From an uncultured Acidobacteriota bacterium (lineage in GTDB: Bacteria; Acidobacteriota; UBA6911; RPQK01; JAPXNP01), in the NCBI GenBank assembly GCA_963777605.1, contig CAVZRV010000007.1, positions 544,001 through 608,000 on the forward strand: 64,000 nt of DNA, in the 5' to 3' direction. The number at the start of each line of letters is the position of its first letter. Position 1 is the stretch's first letter. Positions 20,723 through 29,360 of this stretch are shown piece by piece. A model generated the notes under the pieces. The model was not told the origin of the DNA. It worked only from the letters and a program-made list of their open reading frames with translations, and searched no databases. The position numbers were made by a program, and so were the translations under genes.

Positions 20723-21126
20723 TTACGCCCTCCTTCATCCTGGTAGCACTCCTCCTCAGCTGCGACTGCGATGCAACCCAGGGTGAACTCGGGAAACTCG
20801 TTGAGGATCCTGAAAAAGTGCCCCTTTGAAATCAGGAGGCATTGAGCCCCCTCATCTCCAGCCTTCAAACCCTGTCCCAGGGACCTGTCAGCCAGAAGCG
20901 CACCCACCCCAAAGACGCGCGGCAGCCCGCTTCCGTCCTCTCGCAGCACGTTTCCCTCGCTGACCGCATAGAGACGCTGAAGTACCTGCCCCACCCGAGC
21001 AACCGCCTCTCCGGGAGCGAACTGCTTCGCGGCGACGACTTCAGCGATCACGACCAGTTCCGCCTGTCCCAACTGGTCAAACAAGGGGATGCTGCGAAGT
21101 TCAAACACCCGTTCAACCAGTTTCAC
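20719..21126 (-). CDS. Small stand-alone cyclic-nucleotide-binding-fold protein
   Basis: GTG 21126 (GGAGGGAG RBS, GTGA overlap with the upstream stop); LVERVFELRSIPLFDQL, FAPGEAV...LYAVSEGNV, CLLISKGHFFRILNEFPE; phosphate-binding cassette degenerate (FGVGALL). Confidence 0.75.
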   Translation of the reverse strand: MKLVERVFELRSIPLFDQLGQAELVVIAEVVAAKQFAPGEAVARVGQVLQRLYAVSEGNVLREDGSGLPRVFGVGALLADRSLGQGLKAGDEGAQCLLISKGHFFRILNEFPEFTLGCIAVAAEEECYQDEGGRN

Positions 21127-23279
21127 GACTCCCTCCAAAAGCTGACCCAGAGGTCGTCAATCCTGGACACTTTTCCCAACCCGCCGAAGTGATCCAGTGC
21201 CCCCTGAATTTCACCCGGATCCCGCAATCGACCGGTTGAAAGGGCCTGTTTGAAACCGCTGGAATCCTCGATCAATTTCGATCGAGAAATGAAGAACTGC
21301 TCGCCGGGGCCGGCTTCCCGCCGGAGGTCACCCTCGAGCTTCAATAACCGGACTCCCTCCGATTCCGGGCTCACAAAGGCGGGCAGATGGTCTCGGATCA
21401 AGCCTCTCAGAACGAGATGATCCATATCCAGACGCAACAACGCCCCCAGGACACCGCAGAAGAGCGGGTCCAGGAACTCCCGGATTTCCTCCCAGGAATC
21501 CTGCTTCCGATCCACCAAAGAGGACAGCAGGCTCGAGAGATCCGACCGAAGGCGAACCGCCTCGAAGGGATCTTCAGGGCTGTCACTTACAAACCAGAAG
21601 TAGAGATATCTGCCGCGAACAATCCAACCCGATGCGTCGCGCCGGACGGCTCCCCGATTTGTTCGGCCACACAGCACGTTCCGGAACTCGTCCGGCGTTG
21701 CGGCGTCGGTCCTGCTTGCCACAGTAAGGATCAACTCGGCCCTCTGGCGTTCCCGCTCCAGTTCCTGGTTACTCCGGGTAAGGCCGTCTATGGTGCCCTT
21801 GAGAGCGGCGCTCATGTCATTGAAGGAGTCGGAAAGCTCCTTGAGTTCCGCCGGCCGATCGATCCTGACTTCCTGACCAAAGTCACCAGCGGCCACTTTC
21901 AGCGCCTGTCCCTTGAGTTCCTCGATTGGCCGGAGGAGAGAGTTACTGACTCTCACAACCGCCACGGAGGCGATCAGGACGCAGAAGAGGCCGGTCAACA
22001 ACACCGTCACTAACGCCGACCGGGTCTTCTCTTCGATGATCGAGACGTTGATATCGGCCCCGGCGAGTGCCGAGATATCCCCGTTCTCCCTGAAAATGGG
22101 AGCGTCGGCGGACTTGATCAGGCCCCACTGCTCCCAGAACTCTATTTCGGAGAGGTTGACTCCACCTTCCCTCCGGACCCTGACGGTCCCGGCCTCCGGG
22201 GGATCGGCATCGATGTCCCCAATCCTCGAATGGGCGTCATCCTGGTTGGCGTCGAGAACGTAGACGATTTCCCGGTCCTCATCTCCCAGGACAAAGGTGT
22301 AGAGGTAGGTCAGCCCGACGGCCTCCTTGATTCGGCGCATGGGGAGAACGTAACTCTGATAAATGGCTCCGTTCTCGTTTCGGTACCCGGGATACCCAAC
22401 TTCCCCGAAGAGCCCATCGTCCGGATTGAGCCTACCCAGTCTCTCTCCTGCCGCCCAAAGAACTCCGTTGCGTCTGTCGTAGGTGATACCACTTATCAGG
22501 GGTTGACTCGACGACTTCACTCCCCCGGAGGGGCTGATTTCGCTATCCGCACCTCCTTCCGATTCCGCCGCTACAACAGGGGCGACCTCTTCGATCGATC
22601 CGTCCGGAAGCCTGACCTCCACGAGTTTCGACGGCAGAGAATCGGTCAAAGCGAAAAGCGTTCCGCCGCCCGGCCCAGTGGCGAGACTCCGGATCGGCAG
22701 GTCTTCCAGTTCCCGCAATCGGCTCGACTTGAACGCTCGCGGTTCGATCTCAAACAGGGCCGTGCCTGCAGCGTAAAACCTGCCGGAGGCTGAATCTCCT
22801 GCAATGGCAACAGTTCCCGAAGGGATCCGCCCCAGGGGTTTGGTGGTAACTGTCTCGGGGTCGATCTCGAAGAGCCAGCCCGTTTCATGCTCGAGCCCGA
22901 CCAGCCGGCCGTTTCGTTCGTCCCAGGTCAGATCGTCGAACCGGGAAGAAAGCCTTCCGAGGACGGCGGCACTGCCAGTTTGGGAGTCTAATCGAAGCAG
23001 GGCGCCTGAAGCATCGAGGGCAAAGATGCCCTGACCGTCAGGGTCGGCGGCGAGCGCCCGAGGTTGATGGGGCTGCAGTATGTCGGCATGCTCGTCCCCA
23101 TCAATGAACGCTCCTGTAATCGTACTTACCGCTCTCAACCGCGCGTCGAACCCCGCCAGAATCTCGCGATAGAGTGACGAGTACATGAGGTAGGCCGCTC
23201 CGGCCGCCGTTAAGAACAGGGTCGGCAGGAGAATCAGGAGCAGGGCTGTCTGGATCCGCACTTCCCGCTTTCTGGTCAT
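21123..23279 (-). CDS. Membrane sensor: Cache-like periplasmic domain with inserted beta-propeller, HAMP, degenerate PP2C-like C-terminus
   Basis: TM1, IDGDEH, five propeller-like repeats, TYLYTF...LDA...SRIGD...WGLIKSADAPIF...G...LAGAD, TM2, HAMP RPIEELKGQALKVAAGDF...ELKELSDSFNDM; ATGA overlap with the upstream stop. Confidence 0.7.
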   Translation of the reverse strand: MTRKREVRIQTALLLILLPTLFLTAAGAAYLMYSSLYREILAGFDARLRAVSTITGAFIDGDEHADILQPHQPRALAADPDGQGIFALDASGALLRLDSQTGSAAVLGRLSSRFDDLTWDERNGRLVGLEHETGWLFEIDPETVTTKPLGRIPSGTVAIAGDSASGRFYAAGTALFEIEPRAFKSSRLRELEDLPIRSLATGPGGGTLFALTDSLPSKLVEVRLPDGSIEEVAPVVAAESEGGADSEISPSGGVKSSSQPLISGITYDRRNGVLWAAGERLGRLNPDDGLFGEVGYPGYRNENGAIYQSYVLPMRRIKEAVGLTYLYTFVLGDEDREIVYVLDANQDDAHSRIGDIDADPPEAGTVRVRREGGVNLSEIEFWEQWGLIKSADAPIFRENGDISALAGADINVSIIEEKTRSALVTVLLTGLFCVLIASVAVVRVSNSLLRPIEELKGQALKVAAGDFGQEVRIDRPAELKELSDSFNDMSAALKGTIDGLTRSNQELERERQRAELILTVASRTDAATPDEFRNVLCGRTNRGAVRRDASGWIVRGRYLYFWFVSDSPEDPFEAVRLRSDLSSLLSSLVDRKQDSWEEIREFLDPLFCGVLGALLRLDMDHLVLRGLIRDHLPAFVSPESEGVRLLKLEGDLRREAGPGEQFFISRSKLIEDSSGFKQALSTGRLRDPGEIQGALDHFGGLGKVSRIDDLWVSFWRES

Positions 23280-26200
23280 AAGATCCCCATCCGTGCCCCG
23301 AGCAGGCCGAGGGCCACCTTGGGATGACGGGCAGCTTCTTCTCGAAACGCCGCTGCGTCCACAACGAGTGCCGAGACACCTTCGGAAAAGACCGTCTCAC
23401 GGCGTGTTCCCTCCCCGAAAAGGCTTTCAGTTCCGAAGGTGTGCCCGACTCCACATTGCCGGTTGAATCCATTCTCGACTCGCACCTGCCCGCGAAGAAT
23501 CACGAAAGTCTCGTTCGCGGGGTCACCGCTTCGGTAGATCAGGTCACCGTCGAACAGTCTCATCACGCGGGAATATTGGGAGAAGATCGAAAGCTCTCTG
23601 ACTCCAAACGAGTCAAAGAACTCCGCTTGCGAAAGCCGATGGATCTTTTCGATTTCGTTCAGGCCGTCCCCGTTCTCCGACTTTTCGAGCAGCGAGAGGA
23701 TGATCTCCCCGAACAGACGCGATTTCACCCGAGGAAGACAGGCTCGAAGCTGGTCGATACTCCCTTTCGGGTCATTCTCCCAAAGGGCCTGGGCGGCAGA
23801 ACTCCTCTCGAGGTCAAAAGAGCTCTCCAGCGCCTGTGCGACAATCTGCTGCCGATCCAACCCGTTCGCGCCTGAACGACCGCCTGAACTCGAACCGGGC
23901 TCTTCCAGGTTGCTGCGATCAACCAGGGGAAGGAGGCGCTTGAAGATGTCCCGACTACAGGCTTGTTCGATGCTCTCCACCGCGTTCGCCCGCACCTTGG
24001 GGTTGGTAGACCGCAGCGATGCGCTGATCATTTCGAAATCAGGCAACCGCCCTCCCATCGCCAGCGCCTCAAGAACGAACTCGACGATCGTCTGCTGAAT
24101 GTCGCGGTAGAAGAGCGTGAGGACCCCAAATCCGCAGGAAGAGTCCGTTGGGACTCCAAGGTGTTGGTTGAGGTGCAGATAGCTGTAGGCTCGATCCAGT
24201 TCGGTTCGGATCAGCGCGGGAAGCAGGCTGGCAAACTGCGGAAAAGCAAGGTGGGCCAACGTGCGCGCTGCAATTGAGCGCGACTGGTAGTCATAGTTGG
24301 GATCCCGCAGGACCGCCACGATGATGGGGACGCTCCCGAGTCCGGTCTCCAGGATCAGCTTCTCAATCTTCCTCCGCTCCTGAGGGCTCAAACCCTGTTC
24401 ACTCGAGAGGAGCGGCTGAATAGACTGGGAATCCCGGATTCGACTGAGGACATCGATGACGAGTCCCCGCTCCTGCCTCCCTCCATCCCGAAACGCCAGA
24501 ATCAGTTCCGGGACCAGGTGTCCAGAATCGCGACCGGCGAGGTTCCGGATGGCGGCGAGGGCTTCGCAGCGGGTCGTTCGATCCGGGTCACGGAGAAACT
24601 CTGAAAGAAAGTGCGCATAGCGGGACTGTCGCATCTGGCCAAGAGCGCGGATCCCGGCCCATCGCTCTCCCTGCTCCCCTCGCAGCAGTTGATCAATAGT
24701 CGAAATCGCACGCACACCGTTGGTGAGGTTCCAGCTGTTCCATTGGGCGACGGCCGCTGCCGCCCGGTCGGAAGGATCGGCGGATTTCTGTAATGATGCC
24801 AGGGCTTCGGACTGGATCAGACCCTGGGCGCCGAGGACCTCGACGACGGCTGCTTCAGCCGCTATCTCGCTGCGGCCCATCGCGCGTACCAGTGCCGTCA
24901 GGATCTCGACATCGGCCTCCTCCAGGATGTCGCTTAGCAGGGATCGGAGTTCCCGGGGGGCGATCTCTCGGTGATCCTCCAGGGACTGAAGAAGCGACCG
25001 AAGAGCCAGTCTCCGGTCCGAGTGGACGAGAAGTCGAATCGCGGTTCTGGCCACTTCCTGGTCACTTGAGAGGGAACGCTGTTCCAGTTCGGCAATCTCA
25101 CCCGGATCCAGTTCTGCAAGAATTTCCTTGTCTGAACGGGAGAAGTCGAGCCAGTCCCTCCTCAGATTGCGCATGATCGAGGGCAGGTAGTCCATCCGCA
25201 GGAGGAGCGCCGCACCGATCAGCACCACGCTCCCGGCAACGCCGATCGTCGAAATCCCGCCCGAGGTCATCAGCGGTGCTCCCAGGAGCAGAAAGAGTCC
25301 CGCAAAAGAGGCGGCCAGAGGTTCGGAGATTCCTTCCGAGAAGGTCCGCACCTGGCTCTTGTACTCACCCGGGACCCCATTCATGACGAAATTCCAGTTG
25401 TTGTTGTCTATCGAGGACTGAATTCCCTGGTATGCGAAGAACCCGAAGACCGCCGCCGACCAACCAGCGTGCCATCCCAGCAACCCGAATGCGGCCAGGT
25501 AAGTCAGAGGCTGCACGAGGGCCATGTTGCGGACTCCGACCCAGAGCACGGCCCGGCTGAACACGAAGAAGTTGATGAAAAGGTTGAACACGTTGGTGAG
25601 CGCGAAAAGCGTGCCGAAAAGAACTGCCAACTCCTCCTTGCCGGTGGATTCGGAGAATATACCCAGGTACTGGTACTCGCAGACGGTCGAGAGAAAGACA
25701 GTGGCGACCAGGACCACGTTGAGCAGGACCACGTATCGAGATCGGTTCATGATCCGGGTGACTTGGAGAGTCTGCTGGAGAAACCCGGTCTTCTCAGGCT
25801 CCGTTTCGGGCTCGATCGTGCGCCACCTCCGGTTGATGACAACAATCACCGGAAGCGCGGCCGCCGCCACCAGCGCCCATACCAGGAAAAGATCCTCTAC
25901 CCGTACCAGCCGGGCGAGCAGGGTGACAATGCCCCCGCCAACCGCAGCCCCGCAGGCCGATCCTCCGGCGAACACCGAAAAGAGCCGCTTGGCGTCGAGC
26001 ATGTCGAAATATTGATCAACGTGATTCCAATAGAGAGTGAAAAGACTAATTGCCCAGGCGGAAGCATAGAGTTTGACAAAGTAGTAAGGCAACGAACTCT
26101 CTCCGGAGAAGAGATTCACGAGCAGGGAACAGACGATGCCGCCACCCACCAGCGCTGCCAGGATAATCTTGAAGGTCCCTGTGCTGCCGTAACGGGTAGT

Positions 26201-26422
26201 CAGGTACGAAAGAACCGGGGTGAAGGCCAGCATCACAAAAGGAAGCAGGAGGTAGACCACGGGCAGGCTGCCGGCCCCGACGTGCACCAGGAACAGCGTG
26301 TCGCCGGTGCTGATCCCAAGTGCCACACCAACTTCCAAAAGGGCGCCGAGCAAAGCGAAGTGGAAGACCTTCCGCCCTTCGGTTCGGTGCACCTTCAGCA
26401 ACTTCAGTACGAATCGGCTCAT
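23276..26422 (-). CDS. NTT/TLC-like MFS membrane domain + HEAT/ARM repeats + C-terminal cNMP-binding domain
   Basis: About 12 TMs with DTLFLVHVGAGSLPVVY, YW...DQYFDMLDAKRLFSVF, EYQY (Npt/TLC-type motifs); HEAT repeats (LRDPDRTTRCEALAAI, NPKVRANAVESI); cNMP domain GDLIYRSGDPANETFVILRGQV...FGTESLFGEGTRRET. Confidence 0.8.
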   Translation of the reverse strand: MSRFVLKLLKVHRTEGRKVFHFALLGALLEVGVALGISTGDTLFLVHVGAGSLPVVYLLLPFVMLAFTPVLSYLTTRYGSTGTFKIILAALVGGGIVCSLLVNLFSGESSLPYYFVKLYASAWAISLFTLYWNHVDQYFDMLDAKRLFSVFAGGSACGAAVGGGIVTLLARLVRVEDLFLVWALVAAAALPVIVVINRRWRTIEPETEPEKTGFLQQTLQVTRIMNRSRYVVLLNVVLVATVFLSTVCEYQYLGIFSESTGKEELAVLFGTLFALTNVFNLFINFFVFSRAVLWVGVRNMALVQPLTYLAAFGLLGWHAGWSAAVFGFFAYQGIQSSIDNNNWNFVMNGVPGEYKSQVRTFSEGISEPLAASFAGLFLLLGAPLMTSGGISTIGVAGSVVLIGAALLLRMDYLPSIMRNLRRDWLDFSRSDKEILAELDPGEIAELEQRSLSSDQEVARTAIRLLVHSDRRLALRSLLQSLEDHREIAPRELRSLLSDILEEADVEILTALVRAMGRSEIAAEAAVVEVLGAQGLIQSEALASLQKSADPSDRAAAAVAQWNSWNLTNGVRAISTIDQLLRGEQGERWAGIRALGQMRQSRYAHFLSEFLRDPDRTTRCEALAAIRNLAGRDSGHLVPELILAFRDGGRQERGLVIDVLSRIRDSQSIQPLLSSEQGLSPQERRKIEKLILETGLGSVPIIVAVLRDPNYDYQSRSIAARTLAHLAFPQFASLLPALIRTELDRAYSYLHLNQHLGVPTDSSCGFGVLTLFYRDIQQTIVEFVLEALAMGGRLPDFEMISASLRSTNPKVRANAVESIEQACSRDIFKRLLPLVDRSNLEEPGSSSGGRSGANGLDRQQIVAQALESSFDLERSSAAQALWENDPKGSIDQLRACLPRVKSRLFGEIILSLLEKSENGDGLNEIEKIHRLSQAEFFDSFGVRELSIFSQYSRVMRLFDGDLIYRSGDPANETFVILRGQVRVENGFNRQCGVGHTFGTESLFGEGTRRETVFSEGVSALVVDAAAFREEAARHPKVALGLLGARMGIL

Positions 26423-26652
26423 GTTTAGCGCCCTGCGGACCGGTTCAGGGCATCCTCTCAATCAGACCACTCTGCACAACTCACCGTCCTGCCGCCGAGA
26501 GCGGCAAAAGGTCATACATGAAATCGGCAATTTTGACGATAGGTTTAAATGAGAGAGAGGGGCCTCCAGGCTCCAGCGACCTCAGATAATGAAACGAGAC
26601 GAGGCTTGAACCCTGTATCGACCTCGTTTAGAGCACAGCGAAAGGAGGGGGA

Positions 26653-27375
26653 ATGAGTCTTCAGAAGCCGGCAATTCTACTCGCGTTAATTCTTCCGATG
26701 CTGTCGGCGGGAGCCTTCGGTGAAGATCAAGATGACCCGGGAACAGTCAGCGTTGGCGTGTCGGCGGATGTTGTCTCAGACTACTACTGGCGGGGATTCG
26801 ACGTCACCGACGGGCATCCCGCTTTCCAGCCGAACTTCGATTTCTCGCACAATGCTTCCGGTCTTTGGTTCAATTTTTGGGGTTCGTTTCCCCTCAGCGA
26901 TCGGGCCCAACTCCGTGACACCGATGAACTGGACTTCACCGTCGGGCTCGACCGAAGCCTGAACGACAAACTCGACATCACTGCGGGTGCAGTCTTCTAC
27001 GCATTTCCCCGACTTGACCCGAGCGAGGACCTGACCGAAGAAGTTTTTCTCGGTTTTTCGTTCAGCTCTCTCCCTCTGAGCCCCACGACGATCTACTACC
27101 AGGATTTGAATCTGGGTGACGGCGGCTATCTGCAGGTCAGCGGCAGCCAGTCAATCAAGAACCTGACACTGAGTTTGCAAAGCGGTTTCAACTTCAAGCA
27201 GTACACCGAAAAGACGGGCTTCAATGACCTGATCATCGGCGCCGGGTACGACATCAGTTTGGGAACGGGCGGATACTTGACCCCCTACGTGAACTTCGCC
27301 GTCGTCGACGACAAAGAACGCAACCCAGACAACACAGAGCTCTGGTTCGGTATCAGTTTCGGCTGGGACCACTGA
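26653..27375 (+). CDS. Outer-membrane beta-barrel, TIGR02001/TorF-like putative porin
   Basis: Signal peptide; VSDYYWRGFD...PAFQP, GLWFNFWGS, ELDFTVG; alternating beta strands ending WFGISFGW; AAGGAGG RBS. Confidence 0.75.
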   Translation: MSLQKPAILLALILPMLSAGAFGEDQDDPGTVSVGVSADVVSDYYWRGFDVTDGHPAFQPNFDFSHNASGLWFNFWGSFPLSDRAQLRDTDELDFTVGLDRSLNDKLDITAGAVFYAFPRLDPSEDLTEEVFLGFSFSSLPLSPTTIYYQDLNLGDGGYLQVSGSQSIKNLTLSLQSGFNFKQYTEKTGFNDLIIGAGYDISLGTGGYLTPYVNFAVVDDKERNPDNTELWFGISFGWDH

Positions 27376-27393
27376 TCCAGGAGGTTTTTGTCC

Positions 27394-28920
27394 ATGTCAT
27401 ACCGATCCAAGCTGCTCCTCTCACTGACGCTGCTGGTGTTACTCAGCTGCGTCGTTGCCGGGGGCATTCTCTACTACCAGGCCAGGAATGAGCTCTTCGC
27501 CGATCTTCAAAGCAAGGTGTTGTCCATCGCGGCGAGCACCGCTGCCGGGATTGACGGAGACCAGCACGAGAGAATCCGGGTTCCCGAGGACGAGAATACT
27601 CCGGAATACCTTGCCATCGAGCACCAACTCCGAAAGGCAAGAGACGCCAATCGCCGCCCGGACGTCTATGTCGCCTATATGTACACGATCCTGTACGACC
27701 CCCAGCAGCCGAGTGTCATTCGATTCGGTGTCGATGCTGAGGAGGATCCAAAGGAAAAATCCCACGTCGGAGACCTCTACAAAGGAAAGCCCGGAACTCC
27801 ACTGGTGATTACTGAGTACCAGGTTGACAAGGACTTCTCTGTTGACAAATGGGGCACCTGGCTGAGTGCTAACGCCCCGATTCAAAACCGGGCAGGCGCG
27901 ACGGTTGCCGCCCTCGGTGTCGACGTTCGGGCGGAGGATGTGCTGCAACGACTGGCCCTGATCCGGTACAGCCTTTTGTCCGCTGTGGGCATTTCCTTCG
28001 TACTGGCGGTCCTCCTTTCGATGGCCCTTGCCGGCCGGGTCAGCAAACCCCTGGAAGCGGTTCGCAATGTCGTTGCCAGGATCGGCCGGGGCGACCTGAA
28101 GGCCCGGATCCACCTCAAAACACGTGACGAGTTCGGACAGGTTGCCGCTGCGATCAACGAAATGGCCGTCGGGCTTCAGGAGCGGGAAGAGCTCAAGGGC
28201 GCGTTCGCCAGGTACGTGTCACAGCAGGTCCTGGAAGAAATTCTTCGGACCGGAGGGGCGATCAATCTGGAAGGGGTGCGGCGAAAGGTCACGATCCTCT
28301 TCTCAGACATCCGGAATTTCACCACGTTCGCGGAGGGTCACGAACCCGAAGAAGTTGTCGGATTCCTCAACGAGTACTTCGAGTCGATGATTGACATCAT
28401 CTTCCGCCACAAGGGGACTCTCGACAAATTCCTCGGTGACGGGCTGATGGTGCTCTTCGGCGCCCCTCTGGAAGACGAGGAGCAGGAGAAGAATGCCGTT
28501 GCCGCCGCTGTTGAAATGCAGAAGGAACTCCAGAGGTTGGCAAAGAAGTGGAATGCCGACCTGCACGCCGATATCCGGGTCGGTATCGGGATTCACACCG
28601 GACAGGCAATCGTCGGTAACGTGGGATCGAGCAAACGGATGGAGTACACCGCGATCGGCGACACCGTAAACGTCGCCTCACGCCTTGAGACCTCCACCAA
28701 GGTCCTGGGGGTTCCGATCCTTGTCAGCGAGAGCACCTTCAACGCTGTGAAGGACGACTTCCGGTTCGTCAACCAGGGAGAGATCTCCGTGAAAGGGCGC
28801 CACGCCCCGGTTCCTGTTTTTTCCCTCGCGGAAGCGCGGTCGGATGGTTCGACCTCCAGCGGCATGGAAGCACCTTTACGGCACGACTCACCGGGAGATG
28901 GAATAACGTCTGGCCGTTGA
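27394..28920 (+). CDS. Membrane-bound class III adenylate cyclase with periplasmic Cache-like domain and HAMP
   Basis: TILFSDIRNFT and DKFLGDG (two metal Asp, ATP-specifying Lys), EYTAIGDTVNVASRLE (class IIIb Thr, Asn/Arg); HAMP KPLEAV...DEFGQVAAAINEM; GGAGG RBS 9 nt before ATG. Confidence 0.92.
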   Translation: MSYRSKLLLSLTLLVLLSCVVAGGILYYQARNELFADLQSKVLSIAASTAAGIDGDQHERIRVPEDENTPEYLAIEHQLRKARDANRRPDVYVAYMYTILYDPQQPSVIRFGVDAEEDPKEKSHVGDLYKGKPGTPLVITEYQVDKDFSVDKWGTWLSANAPIQNRAGATVAALGVDVRAEDVLQRLALIRYSLLSAVGISFVLAVLLSMALAGRVSKPLEAVRNVVARIGRGDLKARIHLKTRDEFGQVAAAINEMAVGLQEREELKGAFARYVSQQVLEEILRTGGAINLEGVRRKVTILFSDIRNFTTFAEGHEPEEVVGFLNEYFESMIDIIFRHKGTLDKFLGDGLMVLFGAPLEDEEQEKNAVAAAVEMQKELQRLAKKWNADLHADIRVGIGIHTGQAIVGNVGSSKRMEYTAIGDTVNVASRLETSTKVLGVPILVSESTFNAVKDDFRFVNQGEISVKGRHAPVPVFSLAEARSDGSTSSGMEAPLRHDSPGDGITSGR

Positions 28921-28959
28921 GGTGGGCAACCCCGAAAACCAAGCGGATGCGGACGCCAG

Positions 28960-29355
28960 CTACTCCTTCTGGGAGCTCGAATCGTCCTTCTTGTCGCTCT
29001 TGCGGGTCCAGCGTTCACGGACCAGTTGTTCGAGCTGTTCCCTCTGAGTCTGGCTCAGTGATGGGATCAGCTTGCTGTGCGCACGAGTGAAAATCTCGTC
29101 CAGCCGGGGACGGTATTCCCTATGCAACTGCTTGAGTTCCTGCCGGGTCTGTTCACCAATTTCTTCGAGAAGCTGCTGCTGCGATGCGTCCAGCTTCAGC
29201 TCAGTGGTCAAAGTGCCCTTCCAGTCGCTCACGAGGTGATCAGAGCGACGCGGACCCGAATCGGCGCGATACCACAATGTAGCCGAGGTCAGCCCGGCCA
29301 GGAAACCCAGCACGAGCAGAAGGACAATCCCGAATATTCTCTTCCAGCGCTGCAA
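28960..29355 (-). CDS. Spy/CpxP/ZraP-like periplasmic helical protein
   Basis: N-terminal TM anchor, two LTxxQ-like motifs (ELKLDASQQQ, SLSQTQREQ); TTG start with GGAGG RBS; last gene of the ECF triad. Confidence 0.65.
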   Translation of the reverse strand: MQRWKRIFGIVLLLVLGFLAGLTSATLWYRADSGPRRSDHLVSDWKGTLTTELKLDASQQQLLEEIGEQTRQELKQLHREYRPRLDEIFTRAHSKLIPSLSQTQREQLEQLVRERWTRKSDKKDDSSSQKE

Positions 29356-29360
29356 AACAA

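Noticed and set aside
26462-26652. CRP-type TGTGA-N6-TCACA site in the divergent promoter
   Set aside because: No convincing match found by eye.
20719-28920. Cyclase plus cNMP proteins as a Pycsar anti-phage system
   Set aside because: The cyclase is a membrane Cache-HAMP enzyme with ATP-specifying residues, there is no TIR or simple TM-cNMP effector, and no defence-island context.
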